Below are positions 37,843-50,374 of a stretch of DNA of 64,000 nt, piece after piece; position 1 is the first letter of the stretch; each line of letters begins with the position of its first letter. The translations under genes were made by a program, and so were the position numbers. Source of the stretch: Octopus vulgaris (Eukaryota). A model generated the notes under the pieces. The model did not search any database, was not told the origin of the DNA, and saw only the letters and a program-made list of their open reading frames with translations. Location of the stretch: the NCBI GenBank assembly GCA_951406725.2, contig OX597833.1, positions 41,974,001 through 42,038,000 of the forward strand, given 5' to 3'.

Positions 37843-40819
37843 CGGTGGTGGGGCACAACAAAGAGGTTTTACTGCATTTTTTATTTCAAGACAAAATATA
37901 TTTTTTTTTAAATGTTCATTACCTTACAAAAACTATATCAACTAAACAAATGACCTTCTCTAAATTTATTAAAAACATAACATGATCTGATCATTATTTC
38001 AGAAAATTACCATCGTTGTCTTTGAGCATATAAAAAGCAAATTTGGTTGGGGCAAAATGAGTAAGCTAAGATCAAGGTAAATTTGCTGCTTCAGTTCTCC
38101 AGAAAATAGACTCAAACATATCAATATGTAGGACCTCATTTGGCCCTTTCTGCTTGAGATCTAAAATGAATCTAGAAATTCTCCCTATCTATACGGCCTA
38201 TTGTCCTGTCAAGGGGAATGATAATCTATGTGTTTTTCAATTGACCCATGGCTTTTCTGTGCCATGGTAAGTTCAGATAGATAACAAATGACCTACATTA
38301 ATTTAGCCATGGTTATGATGGTATATCCATTTTCTTAGCTAGTCTGCACAATTATAAATACCGGCATTTTTTAAGGAAAAGGCAGTGGGTGAGAGCGACC
38401 GACAGAGAGGGGGCCAACCAGGTCAAAATACTGTCTCAATAGAACATCATAGAAGGACAACTATGGAATCCATCAGCGATACAGTTGTCTTGACCACCCC
38501 TCTCTTATTTTCTCACTCACTTTCATTTCAACAGCATCAATTGATCTGTTTAGTTACTGCTGCTAGGGAATTTGGGAATATGTAAGTCCAACGCTATCTA
38601 CCCTTTTACAAGAAAATATATCTCTCGTTACCCCCTATGCTTTCCGTCTGTTTTTATACACACCTGCCAATTTTGGTTTGGCTTTATTTATAGGCGCAGG
38701 AGTGACTGTGTGGTAAGTAGCTTGCTAACCAACCACATGGTTCCGGGTTCAGTCCCACTGCGTGGCATCTTGGGCAAGTGTCTTCTGCTAAAGCCCCGGG
38801 CCGACCAATGCTTTGTGAGTGGATTTGGTAGACGGAAACTGAAAGAAGCCTGTCGTATATATGTATATATATATATATGTATGTGCGTGTGTGTTTGTCT
38901 GTGTTTGTCCCCCTAACATTGCTTGACAACCGATGCTGGTGTGTTTACGTCCCTGTCACTTAGCGGTTCGGCAAAAGAGACCGATAGAACAAGTACTGGG
39001 CTTACAAAGAATAAGTCCCGGGGTCGATTTGCTCGACTAAAGGCAGTGCTCCAGCATGGCCGCAGTCAAATGACTGAAACAAGTAGAAGAGTATGTAATG
39101 GAGAAATAAATATATTGTTTTAAAATGTTCATTATCTTACAAAAACTTTATCAGCTAAACAAAAGACTTTCTCTAAATGTAATATAAACATTATAACATT
39201 ATTCAGCTATTTTCTCTGCAGTGACAACAGTAACTGGTTCGGTTTCTATATCGCATTTTTAAAGACTTGCTGATAAAATGCATCGAGAAAAATTTTCTTC
39301 TTGGGCATTCTGTCCAGCGGTATTATCATTATCGGTGTCATAATCATTTTTACATACACCTTTTGTGATAGCATAGATAAGACAGCATGTCACAGTCCAA
39401 GTCAATTCTTATTGAGAGTTACTACCCTAGCTTGACTTATCAAGCTAGGGTAGTACATATTGGCATGATTTTTGCAGATGGATTCCTTCATATTACCAGC
39501 CAGTGCACAGAGTTTTACTGGAAGCATTTTATTGTAGAATCAACAAGAATGGTTATGATGTTCTTGGCAAAACTAAAGAGTACTCTCACTTTTACACTGT
39601 CTACGCTCGCTGACCATGCTTTTAGAGTGCAGTGGGTGTATTTTACTGTGGCAACAGCACAAGAGAGAATCTACAACTCCAGTGACTGTCTTTCTTTCTT
39701 GGAGTCAACATCTTCATCTTCACCTCTAACATAACACTACTTTTACAAATATCTATTCCAGATATCAGAAGGATCAAAAATGCAAAACAAATTTTAATAT
39801 CTACATCAAGCAGGAGTGGCTGTGTGGTAAGTAGCTTGCTAACCAGCCACATGGTTCTGGGTTCAGTACCACTGCGTGGCACCTTGGGCAAGTGTCTTCT
39901 ACTATAGCTTCGGGCCGACCAAAGCCTTGTGAGTGGATTTGGTAGACGGAAACTGAAAGAAGCCCGTCGTATATATATGTATATATATGTATGCGAGTGT
40001 GTGTTTGTGTGTCTGTGTTTGTCCCCCTAGCATTGCTTGACAACCGATGCTGGTGTGCTTATGTCCCCGTTACTTAGCGGTTCGGCAAAAGAGACCGATA
40101 GAATAAGTACTGGGCTTACAAAAGAATAAGTCCTGGGGTCGAGTTGCTCGACTAAAAGCAGTGCTCCAGCATGGCCGCAGTCAAATGACTGAAACAAGTA
40201 AAAGAATAAAATAAAGAAAGAATATCAGAAGGATCAAAAATGCAAAAAAAATTTCAATATCTACATCAAATGAAAGAGGATCAGAGGAAAATAGCACACA
40301 ATATGAAATTAATGAAACTCTACTAAATAAACAAAACAAATCAACATAAAATATTATCTATAGATTCTCCCTGATCTGCTGGAGTATTTCTCCTCATGAC
40401 ATATTTACACACCATACAGTTAAAGAGAAGAAATTATTGAAATTAGTTATTACTCATTTTGCCCCATTTTAGACAGGTTTTGAAACTTGAAAATTATCAA
40501 ATCAGACATGACTTGGAATCCAACAGAGGAAGGAATATCGATTGTTAAACACCAAAAATTATTCAGATATTTTATCAGCAACCTCAATTATAATTGGGTC
40601 AAAGTTGAAGAAATTTCTAAAAAAAGAAGTGCCTGCCACCTGATCAATGTCTACTAAAGATGATGCAAAAGTACAAACTGATGATGCAATAATTGCAATG
40701 TAATGATTTCAAACAGGTAGGGTGAAAAATAACAAGAAATCACAGATTACTCATTTTACCTCAGTTACTAACTTTGCCTCCTCTTCTCCCCCCCTCTCTC
40801 TCTATATATATATATATAA

Positions 40820-42415
40820 TTCCGGGTAGAGGTAGGGGTCCACCAAGGCTCAGTCCTCAGCCCCCTCCTATTTATCATAGTCCTCCAGGCAATAACGGAA
40901 GAATTCAAGACAGGATGCCCCTGGGAGCTCCTCTATGCTGATGACCTTGCTCTAATTGCTGAGTCACTATCAGAACTGGAGAAGAAGTTTCAGGTATGGA
41001 AGCAAGGATTAGAATCGAAGGGCCTTAAAGTAAATCTAGCTAAAACCAAAGTCCTAATAAGTAGGAAGGTAGACAAATCACAAACGCCTTCAGGTAGATG
41101 GCCTTGCTCAATCTGTAGAAAAGGTGTAGGTAGAAACTCTATAAGATGCACCAAATGTAAGCTATGGACACATAAGAGGTGCAGCAATGTCAAAGGAAGG
41201 CTAACTAGGAAGATAGTTTTTGTATGTGGCAGATGCTCAGGAGCAATAAACACTGAAAATGCTCTGAGACCAACTTCTGCCACATTCCAAGGAGAAAAAC
41301 TAGAAATAGTTGATAGCTTCTGTTACCTAGGTGACCAAGTCAGTAGCGGGGGCGGGTGTGCTGAAAGTGTAACTGCTAGAGTAAGAATAGCTTGGGCAAA
41401 GTTCAGAGAGCTCTTACCTCTACTGGTGCCAAAAGGCCTCTCGCTCAGAGTAAAAGGCAGACTGTATGACACATGTGTACGAACAGCCATGCTACATGGC
41501 AGTGAAACTTGGGCTGTGACTGCTGAGGATATGCGTAAGCTCGCAAGAAATGAAGCCAGTATGTTCCGATGGATGTGTAATGTCAGTGTTCATACTCGAC
41601 AGAGTGTAAGTACCTTGAGAGAAAAGCTGGACCTAAGAAGCATCAGTTGTGGTGTGCAAGAGAGACGTTTGCGCTGGTATGGTCATGTGGCAAGAATGGA
41701 TGAAGATAGTTGTGTGAAAAAGTGTCACACCCTAGCGGTTGAGGGAACCTGTGGAAAGGCAGACCCAGGAAAACCTGGGACGAGGTGGTGAAGCACGACC
41801 TTCAAACTTTAGGTCTCACTGAAGAAATGACTAGAGACCGAGACCTTTGGAAGTGTGCTGTGCGTGAGAAGACTCGGAAGGACAAGTGAGACCATAACCC
41901 GTGGCCTCTACATGGGATGTGCCAGTCCACTTATGCATACCTTTCCTTCTTGGGACACAAAACTCTACTTGTGGAGAGCTGTTGAGGCAAGTGAGAATCG
42001 AAATCGATCAACATCAATGGAAATTGCAGCTGTGATACCAGTGCCGGTGGTACGTAAGAGAACCATCCGAAACGTGGCCGTTTGCCAGCACCGCCCCGAC
42101 TGGACTCGTGCCGGTGGCACGTAAAAAGCACTATCCGTTTCGTGGCCGTTGCCAGCCCCGCCTGGCCCCCGTGCCGGTGGCACATAAAAAGCACCATCCG
42201 ATCGTGGCCGTTTGCCAGCCTCGTCTGGCACCTGTGCCGGTGGCAGGTAAAAAGCACCCACTACACTCACTGAGTGGTTGGCGTTAGGAAGGGCATCCAG
42301 TAGTAGAAGCATTGCCAGATCAGACTGGGCCTGGTGCAGCCTTCTGGCTTTCCCAGACCCCAGTTGAACCGTCCAACCCATGCTAGCATGGAAAGCGGAC
42401 GCTAAACGTTGATGA

Positions 42416-42418
<3 letters not shown>
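40820..42418 (+). mobile_element. 5'-truncated RTE-clade LINE (RT C-terminal half, 3'UTR, (GAT)n tail)
   Basis: Stop-free frame from 40820: GVHQGSVLSPLLF, LLYADDL, GLKVNLAKTKV, FCYLGD, MLHGSETW, RRLRWYGHV. One frameshift near 41755 before GRPRKTW; stop at 41887-41889. Flanked by (TA)n. Confidence 0.95.
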
Positions 42419-42503
<85 letters not shown>

Positions 42504-44316
42504 CAGCGAGCTGGCAGAAACGTTAGCACGCTGGGTGAAATGCATAGCGGTATTTCGTTTGCCGCTACGTTCTGAGTTCAAATTCCGCCGAGGTCGACTT
42601 TGCCTTTCATCCTTTCGGGGTCGATTAAATAAGTACCAGTTACGCAATGGGATCGATGTAATCGACTTAATCCCTTTGTCTGTCCTTGTTTGTCCTCTCT
42701 GTGTTTAGCCCCTTGTGGGTAGTAAAGAAATAGAAATAGATATTTCGCCTGTCTTTATGTTCTGAGTTCAAATTTCGCTGAGGTCGATTTTGCCTTTCAT
42801 CCTTTCGGGGTCGATAAATAAAGTACCAGTTTCGCACTGGGGTTGATGTAATTGACTTAATCCCTTTGTCTGTCCTTGTTTGTCCCCTCTATGTTTAGTT
42901 CCTTGTGGGCAGTAAAATATATATATATATATATATATACACAAAACGTTTCTCCTTCAGGCTTAAGGCCTGAAATTTCGGGAGAGGGAGCTTGTCAATT
43001 ACATCGACCAATAGGTACTTATTTTTTCATCAACCCCGAAAAGATGTACGGCAGAGTTGACCTCGGCAGCATTTGAACTCAGAACCTAATGACAGAGACA
43101 GACGAAATGCCACAAAGTATTTTTGTTCAGCGTGTTAACGCTTCGAGATGATATATTCTACTCGTAAGATTAACCTGGAGCAAGGTAGATAACTCTGTTT
43201 CAATAGGTAGTCATATTAGTGGCCTCCAAACATATATTTTGGAAATATTACCAAATATTCTTTTCTTTTCTAGGCACAAGGCCCGAAATTTTGGAGGAGG
43301 GGGCTAGTCGATTAGATCGACTCCAGTACGTACATGGTACTTAATTTATCGACCCCGAAAGGATGAAAGGTAAAGTCGACCTCAGCGAAATTTGAACTCA
43401 GAACGTAGCGGCAGGCGAAATACCTATTTCTTTGTTACCCACAAGGGGTTAATCACAGAGAGGACAAACGGATTAAGTCGATTATATCGACTCCACTGCG
43501 TAACTGGTACTTATTTAATCGACCTCGAAAGGATGAAAGACAAAGTCGACTTCGGCGGAATTTGAACTCAGAACGTAGCGGCAGGCGAAATACCTATTTC
43601 TTTAGTACCCACAAGGGGCTAAACACAGAGAGGACAAACAAGGACAGACAAAGGGATTAAGTCGATTACATCGACCTAGAGCGTAACTGGTACTTTATTT
43701 ATCGATCCCGAAAGGATGAAAGGCAAAGTCGACCTCGGCGGAACTTGAACTCAGAATGTAACGGCAGACGAAATACGGTTACACATTTCGCCCGGCGTGC
43801 TAACGTTTCTGCCAGCTCGCCGCCTTAAAGGAATACCAAATATTATCGACTGACTTAGTTGAGAACGCACGCACGCACACATTGCATCACATCATCAAAT
43901 AGTTTCTCAGTTGTTTCTCTTGACCTCTTTTGCAAGAGAGAATGCGTTATACACCATAAGCCCGAAGCGCCTTTACTATTCTACAGAACTTGTGTTCTTT
44001 CAAGGCAACGTGACCATCAATGTGAATAGATAAGACCACTTTTTCAGGCCTTATTATCAGCCTAAGAAGTTTGATAATGAGTGGCCTGAGGAAGAGGTGG
44101 GTATTGTTAGCTGTTCAAACAGGAAGATGTTGGGTGTATTGGATATATACAGATTTGATGTAACCACTTATATACATAGACATCGTGATGGAGATAGAAC
44201 GATAAAGATGGTAGCAGGGGGGAAGGGTGAATACAGATAGGTGCAATGCTATATTTGTTGCACGTATAGCATTATGTATGAAGCAGGAAAAAGGATAAAT
44301 GTTAGACATGAGAGAA

Positions 44317-44864
44317 CCGGATGCGAATTGTTTTTGCCACAGGAGTTCTGGACCCCAATAATAAACTCATTTGCATACAGCCAATCAGAGCTCACCTTGA
44401 CCTTGTTGTCAAGTTAACAAAGTAAACTCTACCAAGTAATCTCAAGACGAAGAACGGTGTTGTAAATCGACCGATCGCCAAGTTATGTCTAATTTTAGGA
44501 GACAAGTAATTAGATAAGTATTATCAGATTTTGTTAGGGTCCCATATAGTAAAGATGTGAATGGAAAAAAGGTAGGTAGATGGTGATGTGCTAGCAACCC
44601 GCTCCCCTTACTGTTTTAGAAAGCAAACAACAACACAAATAACTACGCAGAGGCAGCCATGGTTGAAACAAGAACAAGAACAACAAGCATTATTAAAAGA
44701 GAAAAGAAGCATGGTCATTCCTTACCCAAGTGACCTTATCTTATCGCCCATCACTTGTTATGTGCTCATAAATTAGTTTGATAGTTGAGCTCTGATTGGC
44801 TGTATGCAAATGAGTTCATAATGGGTCCGGAACTCTCGCAGGGAAAAAAAATTCCGCAGGCCGG
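44317..44864. mobile_element. Foldback/MITE-like element with ~80-bp terminal inverted repeats
   Basis: Perfect 31-bp core AACTCATTTGCATACAGCCAATCAGAGCTCA (44364-44394) inverted at 44786-44816; imperfect pairing extends to CCGG ends; no TSD seen. Confidence 0.7.
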
Positions 44865-45717
44865 ACAGATCCAGTGTCATTCTTAGTTACAGGGAACAGG
44901 AGAAAGGGACGATGGAGGGAGTGAGTGAGTGAGTGATAGAGAGATTAGAGTGTATAAAAGAAGCAGTGGGTACCAAATGGAAACATAATAGGGACATGTT
45001 GGGCAAGAAACTCAAGTGTAAGCAGCGTAACCCATGCCAGCACAGAGAGCGGCTGTTCAATGATCATGATGACGACGACGACTCAACTTTCATCACTACC
45101 ATTATTTTTATGTTCTTTTCGCCATGCTTGAGTGTGTTCTACAGCACCGCATGTTGCCAGTCATCACGGTCTTTTATTATTTCCTTTATGAGGTCATGTA
45201 TTCTATTTCGTTCCATATTTTCCTGGACCTCCTTCTGTCACAGTTTCCATCCACTTTGTGTGCCTAGCTCTTTATTATGAAGCTGACATGTTCCATGTGC
45301 CTTTCATACTTGTACCAATACTATTTTCCCTCTTGTACTCTATATCTGATTCTTCTTATATCTAGGTTTTTGTTCATTTGTGCTTTGTCGTTCATATATA
45401 CTAACATTACAAATTTAGTGGCTCATGCTGCTTTTATAATTTCTTGTTAGTCTCCGCAACTCCAGACGAATTCCGTTTAAACCGGTGACAATCGACTGCC
45501 CGGCATTGACAAGCCTCGACAAAGGTGAACTGTCTCGTTTTCGTGAATCACTGCTGTGACGATGTTCGTCTCGCTTCGATATAAATCGTATTTTTAATAC
45601 GAGTCTATCAAAAGATTTTATCACAGTATTATGCCTTATAGCGATCTGTATGCATTTGGTATGACATAGAGATGGCAATTTTAATTTAATGCTCTTTTAC
45701 TTGTGTTTACCGAGTTT

Positions 45718-46810
45718 GGTGCTAGTATACTGTGCGGTCTACACGTTGTCAAACAGTATAGCCAGAGTTATCTACCTTAAAAACTAATCGTCATCACCTC
45801 GCCTTTCTACTTGAAGTTTACCTTGTATTGAAAGATTTTTATATACGTGTCATCTTGATAGAGGAAACAGCAGTCACATTTTTAAAAGATTACAATCAAC
45901 TGGATACTCAAGAAGAAGCAAATCCCTGCCATCGATGCGGTGCTGTCATGCAGGAAAAACAAAAGCGTGATAGAAGTGAACAATCCAGGCCTGTACTTCG
46001 TTGTCCTCGAAAGACGTGTCAAATTTTCCGTTCAGTTTGTAAAGGAAACCAATTTTCCCATTATATGGACATTTACAAATTAAACTGCAAGCTGAGCCTG
46101 AGTGAGAACTAATATTTTTCTTTATTATGGATATACCCATGAACATAGCAATGACTCTGACAGGAAAATCTAAAAATACAATACCTGATTGGTACAATAT
46201 GTGCTTCGATGTGTGTGTATCCATGACATGAGACGTTTATTGTTAAAATGAATTGTCTTGATTCACCTGTGTAATTTCTTTATCATATAAAATAATATAA
46301 GATTCTGTTTTTCTTATTTGTGTAATTCCTTTATAAAGTACGAAGTGTTTTATCTCTGAAATATCTGAAAGATAAGGTAGATAACCCTGTTTAACAGCGT
46401 CGTAAACCGCATATTGTGGAAGCACGACGACGAGGGTTCCGGTTGATCCGAATCAAGGGAACAGCCTGCTCGTGAAGTTAACGTGTAAGTGGCTGAGCAC
46501 TCCACAGACACGTGTACCCTTAACGTAGTTCTCGGGGATATTCAGCGTGACACAGAGAGTGACAAGGCCGGCCCTTTGAAATACAGGTACGACAGAAACA
46601 GGAAGTAAGAGTGAGAGAAAGTTGTGGTGAAAGAGTACAGCAGGGATCACCACCATTCCCTGCCGGAGCCTCGTGGAGCTTTAGGTGTTTTCGCTCAATA
46701 AACACTCTCAACGCCCGGTCTGGGAATCGAAACCGCAATCCTATGACCGCGAGTCCGCTGCCCTAACCACTGGGCCATTGCCCCTCCAGACCGCATATTA
46801 TACTAGCACC
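45718..46810 (+). mobile_element. Internally deleted Merlin-like DNA transposon
   Basis: ~55-60-bp TIRs GGTGCTAGTATA..GCGGT..AAACAG..GTTATCTACCTTA; the right TIR is split by SINE C with an ACCGCATATT duplication. Encodes an N-terminal zinc-finger part (PCHRCG...LRCPRKTCQIFRSVCKG...DWYNMCFDVC) but no DDE core. No TSD recognised. Confidence 0.72.
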
Positions 46811-47539
46811 AGTTGTATTCTATTTCCCTTAACAATCTAACAATAAAAGTAATACTTTGTCATTGTTTACAAAGTATAACTTTAATCAAAACCAAACTTC
46901 TTATATATTATTAACGTTTTACTTTATATTTTCAATTTGTTTAAAACTTATCTGATAAATTTCCCGATGAACTGTGTCAGAACGCCTTTTTTTCACGAAT
47001 CCCCTCTTTGTTTCTTCCAGGAAAGTGAAATATACTTCCTCTGTTTAATTCTTAGTAATGAGCCAACGAGGGGACTACTAGAAAAGAAATCATATCTCAC
47101 CCTATTGTCTTAAAATTTAAAAAAAGCGAAGAAAACACTGCTCAGAGTAGTCGTTAAAAAAAGGAGTCGTCATGGCTGGAAGGATTTTTTTTATACAAAA
47201 GACCCGAATCACCGGAGTTGGCCTAGCCCTGTGCAACGACTACGATTTCTGGATGGTCCTCAATCTAAACAGAAATTTGGAATTCATATTCAAGTATTGC
47301 ACACTTCGTCATTTCAATGAATCCTTAATTTCAGGTGATAAAGGAACCTTAATAAGACAATACATTCTGTAATCGTTTTTACTTCTATCTGTGTAACTGG
47401 CTTCAAGTGGCAAGAAAATTAAAAGAGCGTAGGACAAAATGATTTGCTTTATTTAGTGACAGTACTTTACGTTCTGAGTTCAGACCTGCCGGGATCGATA
47501 GAATAATTAAAAAAAGGGGGGGGAAGAGCTAGAGTCGAT

Positions 47540-47845
47540 TTAAGCGACGGTCCCCGCCGCTTTCTACGTGTGTGCAGCTGTGTGTCTACATTAGAATTGA
47601 ATGACTGAAGGAAATAAGATAAAATTTCATTAGCCATCAAATTAGTCAATGAGAGTAATGTCCCTTGTATCCACTGTTTATCAACTGCAAAAAAATGCGC
47701 GCGAGAATTCAGAGCATGCGCTCCAATGAAGTTAACTTCGTTTGCAACGCACTCGCAGAGTTTATTCCTGCTTTCTTTCCGGATTTCCATTCCTTCTAAT
47801 ACTGAAAGATCTTCCATTTTATTCTGAATTGATTTGAAAAATACA
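47540..47845 (+). promoter_or_regulatory. Probable Cks promoter (CpG-rich, cell-cycle-type motifs)
   Basis: Local CpG enrichment; E2F-like GCGCGCGAGAA (47697-47707); NRF1-like GAGCATGCGC (47712-47721); CCAAT (47723-47727); CHR-like TTTGAA (47833-47838). Confidence 0.5.
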
Positions 47846-47873
47846 AAACAAAAAAATCCCTCCACTTTTACTG
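47760..47873 (+). other. CKS1: Probable non-coding first exon of the Cks gene (5' boundary unknown)
   Basis: Strong donor CTG|GTGAGT at 47873/47874. The ATG-containing exon has a clear acceptor (TTTTTTTCTCTGAAG|, 56210), which implies an upstream exon. Confidence 0.55.
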
Positions 47874-48051
47874 GTGAGTGTCGTCTTAACTGTGTGTAAC
47901 TTAGAATCGTTATCTGTCACATTTTACAATAACAAAAGCTGAGATCCATCGTTTCTCTCAGGGACTTTTTCCTGCCTTGTTTTATTGATCTCTTATAGAA
48001 CTCCCACTCTATTTACCGTAAAAAGTATTTTACATGGCTCATTAAAAGTAG

Positions 48052-48087
<36 letters not shown>

Positions 48088-50374
48088 TCCGTATATTTGT
48101 GTTTATAAACAGGAGAAATGTGTACGCGATGCACATAGATTATATATATATCAAAAGTTTGAGATATTATTTGTTGCTAATTAGTTTCATATTACTCCAA
48201 CTCTAGTAGCAACAGTAATATCAGATTTTAATAAATATAAATATAGTTGCACACACCCGTCAAACTAATAATGATTTCTTTTTCCATCCCATCCCTCGGT
48301 ATCGCTATCTTTGTTTATAAGCCTTTTGACAGTTGTGTTGTTTAAAATTAAATGGAACACTAAATCTAAGCTGATTGCAACCACTTTTGTTTGGATCCAC
48401 CTATTATTATGCAATTTTGGAACTGTTCAAGAATGTTCCTACTTCAATGTTCACCAGTCTATATAAACAAACATGGAGACGGGCGACCAAAGCTGTAATA
48501 CTGTAGTTTTGAAGTTGGTGAAAGAAATTTAGACATTTAGCATGTACACTTTCCTGGAGAAACCACGAGGCTACTCTCTTAAATGGCCGGAATCAATACT
48601 TTACAAGCCTTTTACTTTTTAGTGTGTGTTACTATGGATTTAGAATTTGTTTTTAATCTATTCTTACCAGTGTGATTTATAAATTGGGGAAATAGCATAC
48701 CGGAATCATTTACTGTTTTCTAATTATTATTTGTTTAAATATTTCCTTATTCAACATAGTCCTTCGTTTCCTAATGGTCAATAAACTGAGTGCCGAGATT
48801 TTTCCCTGGGAATATATTTGGGATAAAACTAACACCGATGAAAGATTTTTATATCACCTTTTTGTTTTGTGCATTGTACATAGAGATGCGAATAATATTT
48901 TTCTTTCTGGGAGAGTTCGAATGAACATGATTTACTCAGTTTCTGGCTGAAATATTATCTCACATTGATTCAAGGGGAACAAATAATTTAGTGAATTGCT
49001 CCAGTTGATGCACCAAATTTTTTTTTCACATCAGCCTCTGATGATTGATAAATCCTGTCTAGCAGGATTTGAACTCAAAAGACACTTGGATAAAGCTGTA
49101 TACTCTCATACATTTAATTCCTCAGTCTACCATTCCAGCCATTCAACTTGAAACTATCACACTGAATAACTTTGTTTTTCATTTTATGATCCTGACTACA
49201 TCAAGAACATAATTATACCAAAATTTATTCATTATCTAGTTTAATTTATATGAACTCTGTTATATGTAGATTGGAGAGTTGAGGAAGGCGGATTAGCTCA
49301 AAATAGACTTTTACTAGAACTCTTCAGCAGTCAGATTACTCTGTCAAATGTAACCAATCATGCATTATCTCATAGCTTAGAGATTGTGATGATGTGATTG
49401 CTTATCTTTAGGATGACATTGCAGGGCAGGTGTGAGAGGCATGTCTTGGCCTGTTTAAATAATAAAGGTTTTAAGAGAGAATTCAGAACTTTGGAACATG
49501 TTTTGCAGTATTTCTTCCAGCTGCTTACATTCTGAGTTCAAATTCTGCTGAGGTTGACTTTGCCTTTTATCCTTTCGGAGTCAATAAAATAAGTACCAGT
49601 TGAACTCTGGAATTGATTGATTCAACTAACCGCATCCACCTAAAATTGCTAGCCTTGTGCCAAAATCTGAAACCATTAAGGTGGATGAAATACTTAGCAG
49701 CATTTCCCCCAGCTCTTTACATTCTAAATTCCAAACTGCCAAGGTCAGATTTACCTTTCATATTTTGTGGGGTTGATAAAATACTAGTGAAGTACTGAGG
49801 TTGATGTCATCTTCCCAATAAAATTGCTGGCCTTATGCCAAAATTAGAAGCAAAAATTATGTCTTGGTTCCCACTACCCAACTGAATCAATAGATGAATA
49901 AAAGACAAAATGTTCAATGGTGAAATAATAATTTAAATTCTAGTATCAACCATGGTTAACTTTCATGTACTTGCCTAGTATACTATTTTGCAAATGACTT
50001 AGTGTCCAGTCATCTTCAAGTGCTCTGTATTTACACATCTTTGGGCTGGGTTTGGACTAACACCTTTATTTCTTATTGCAAATGTGTAAAAAGATTCGAG
50101 CGAGGTCATTGCCAGTACCGCCTGACTGGCCCCCCATGCCGGTGGCACATAAAAGCACCCACTACACTCTCAGAGTGGTTGGCGTTAGGAAGGGCATCCA
50201 GCTGTAGAAATTCTGCCAGATCAAGATTGGAGCATGATGCAGCCATCTGGTTTGCCAGCCCTCTGTCAAATCGTCCAACCCATGCTAGCATAGAAAGCGG
50301 ACGTTAAACGATGGTGATGATGAATCCCTTGATTATAGGATAGTGCTATGTATGTGCATCTGAATATACACACA

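Noticed and set aside
39387-39734. 115-aa ORF
   Set aside because: No recognisable motif or splice partners; lies within a probable old DNA-transposon relic.
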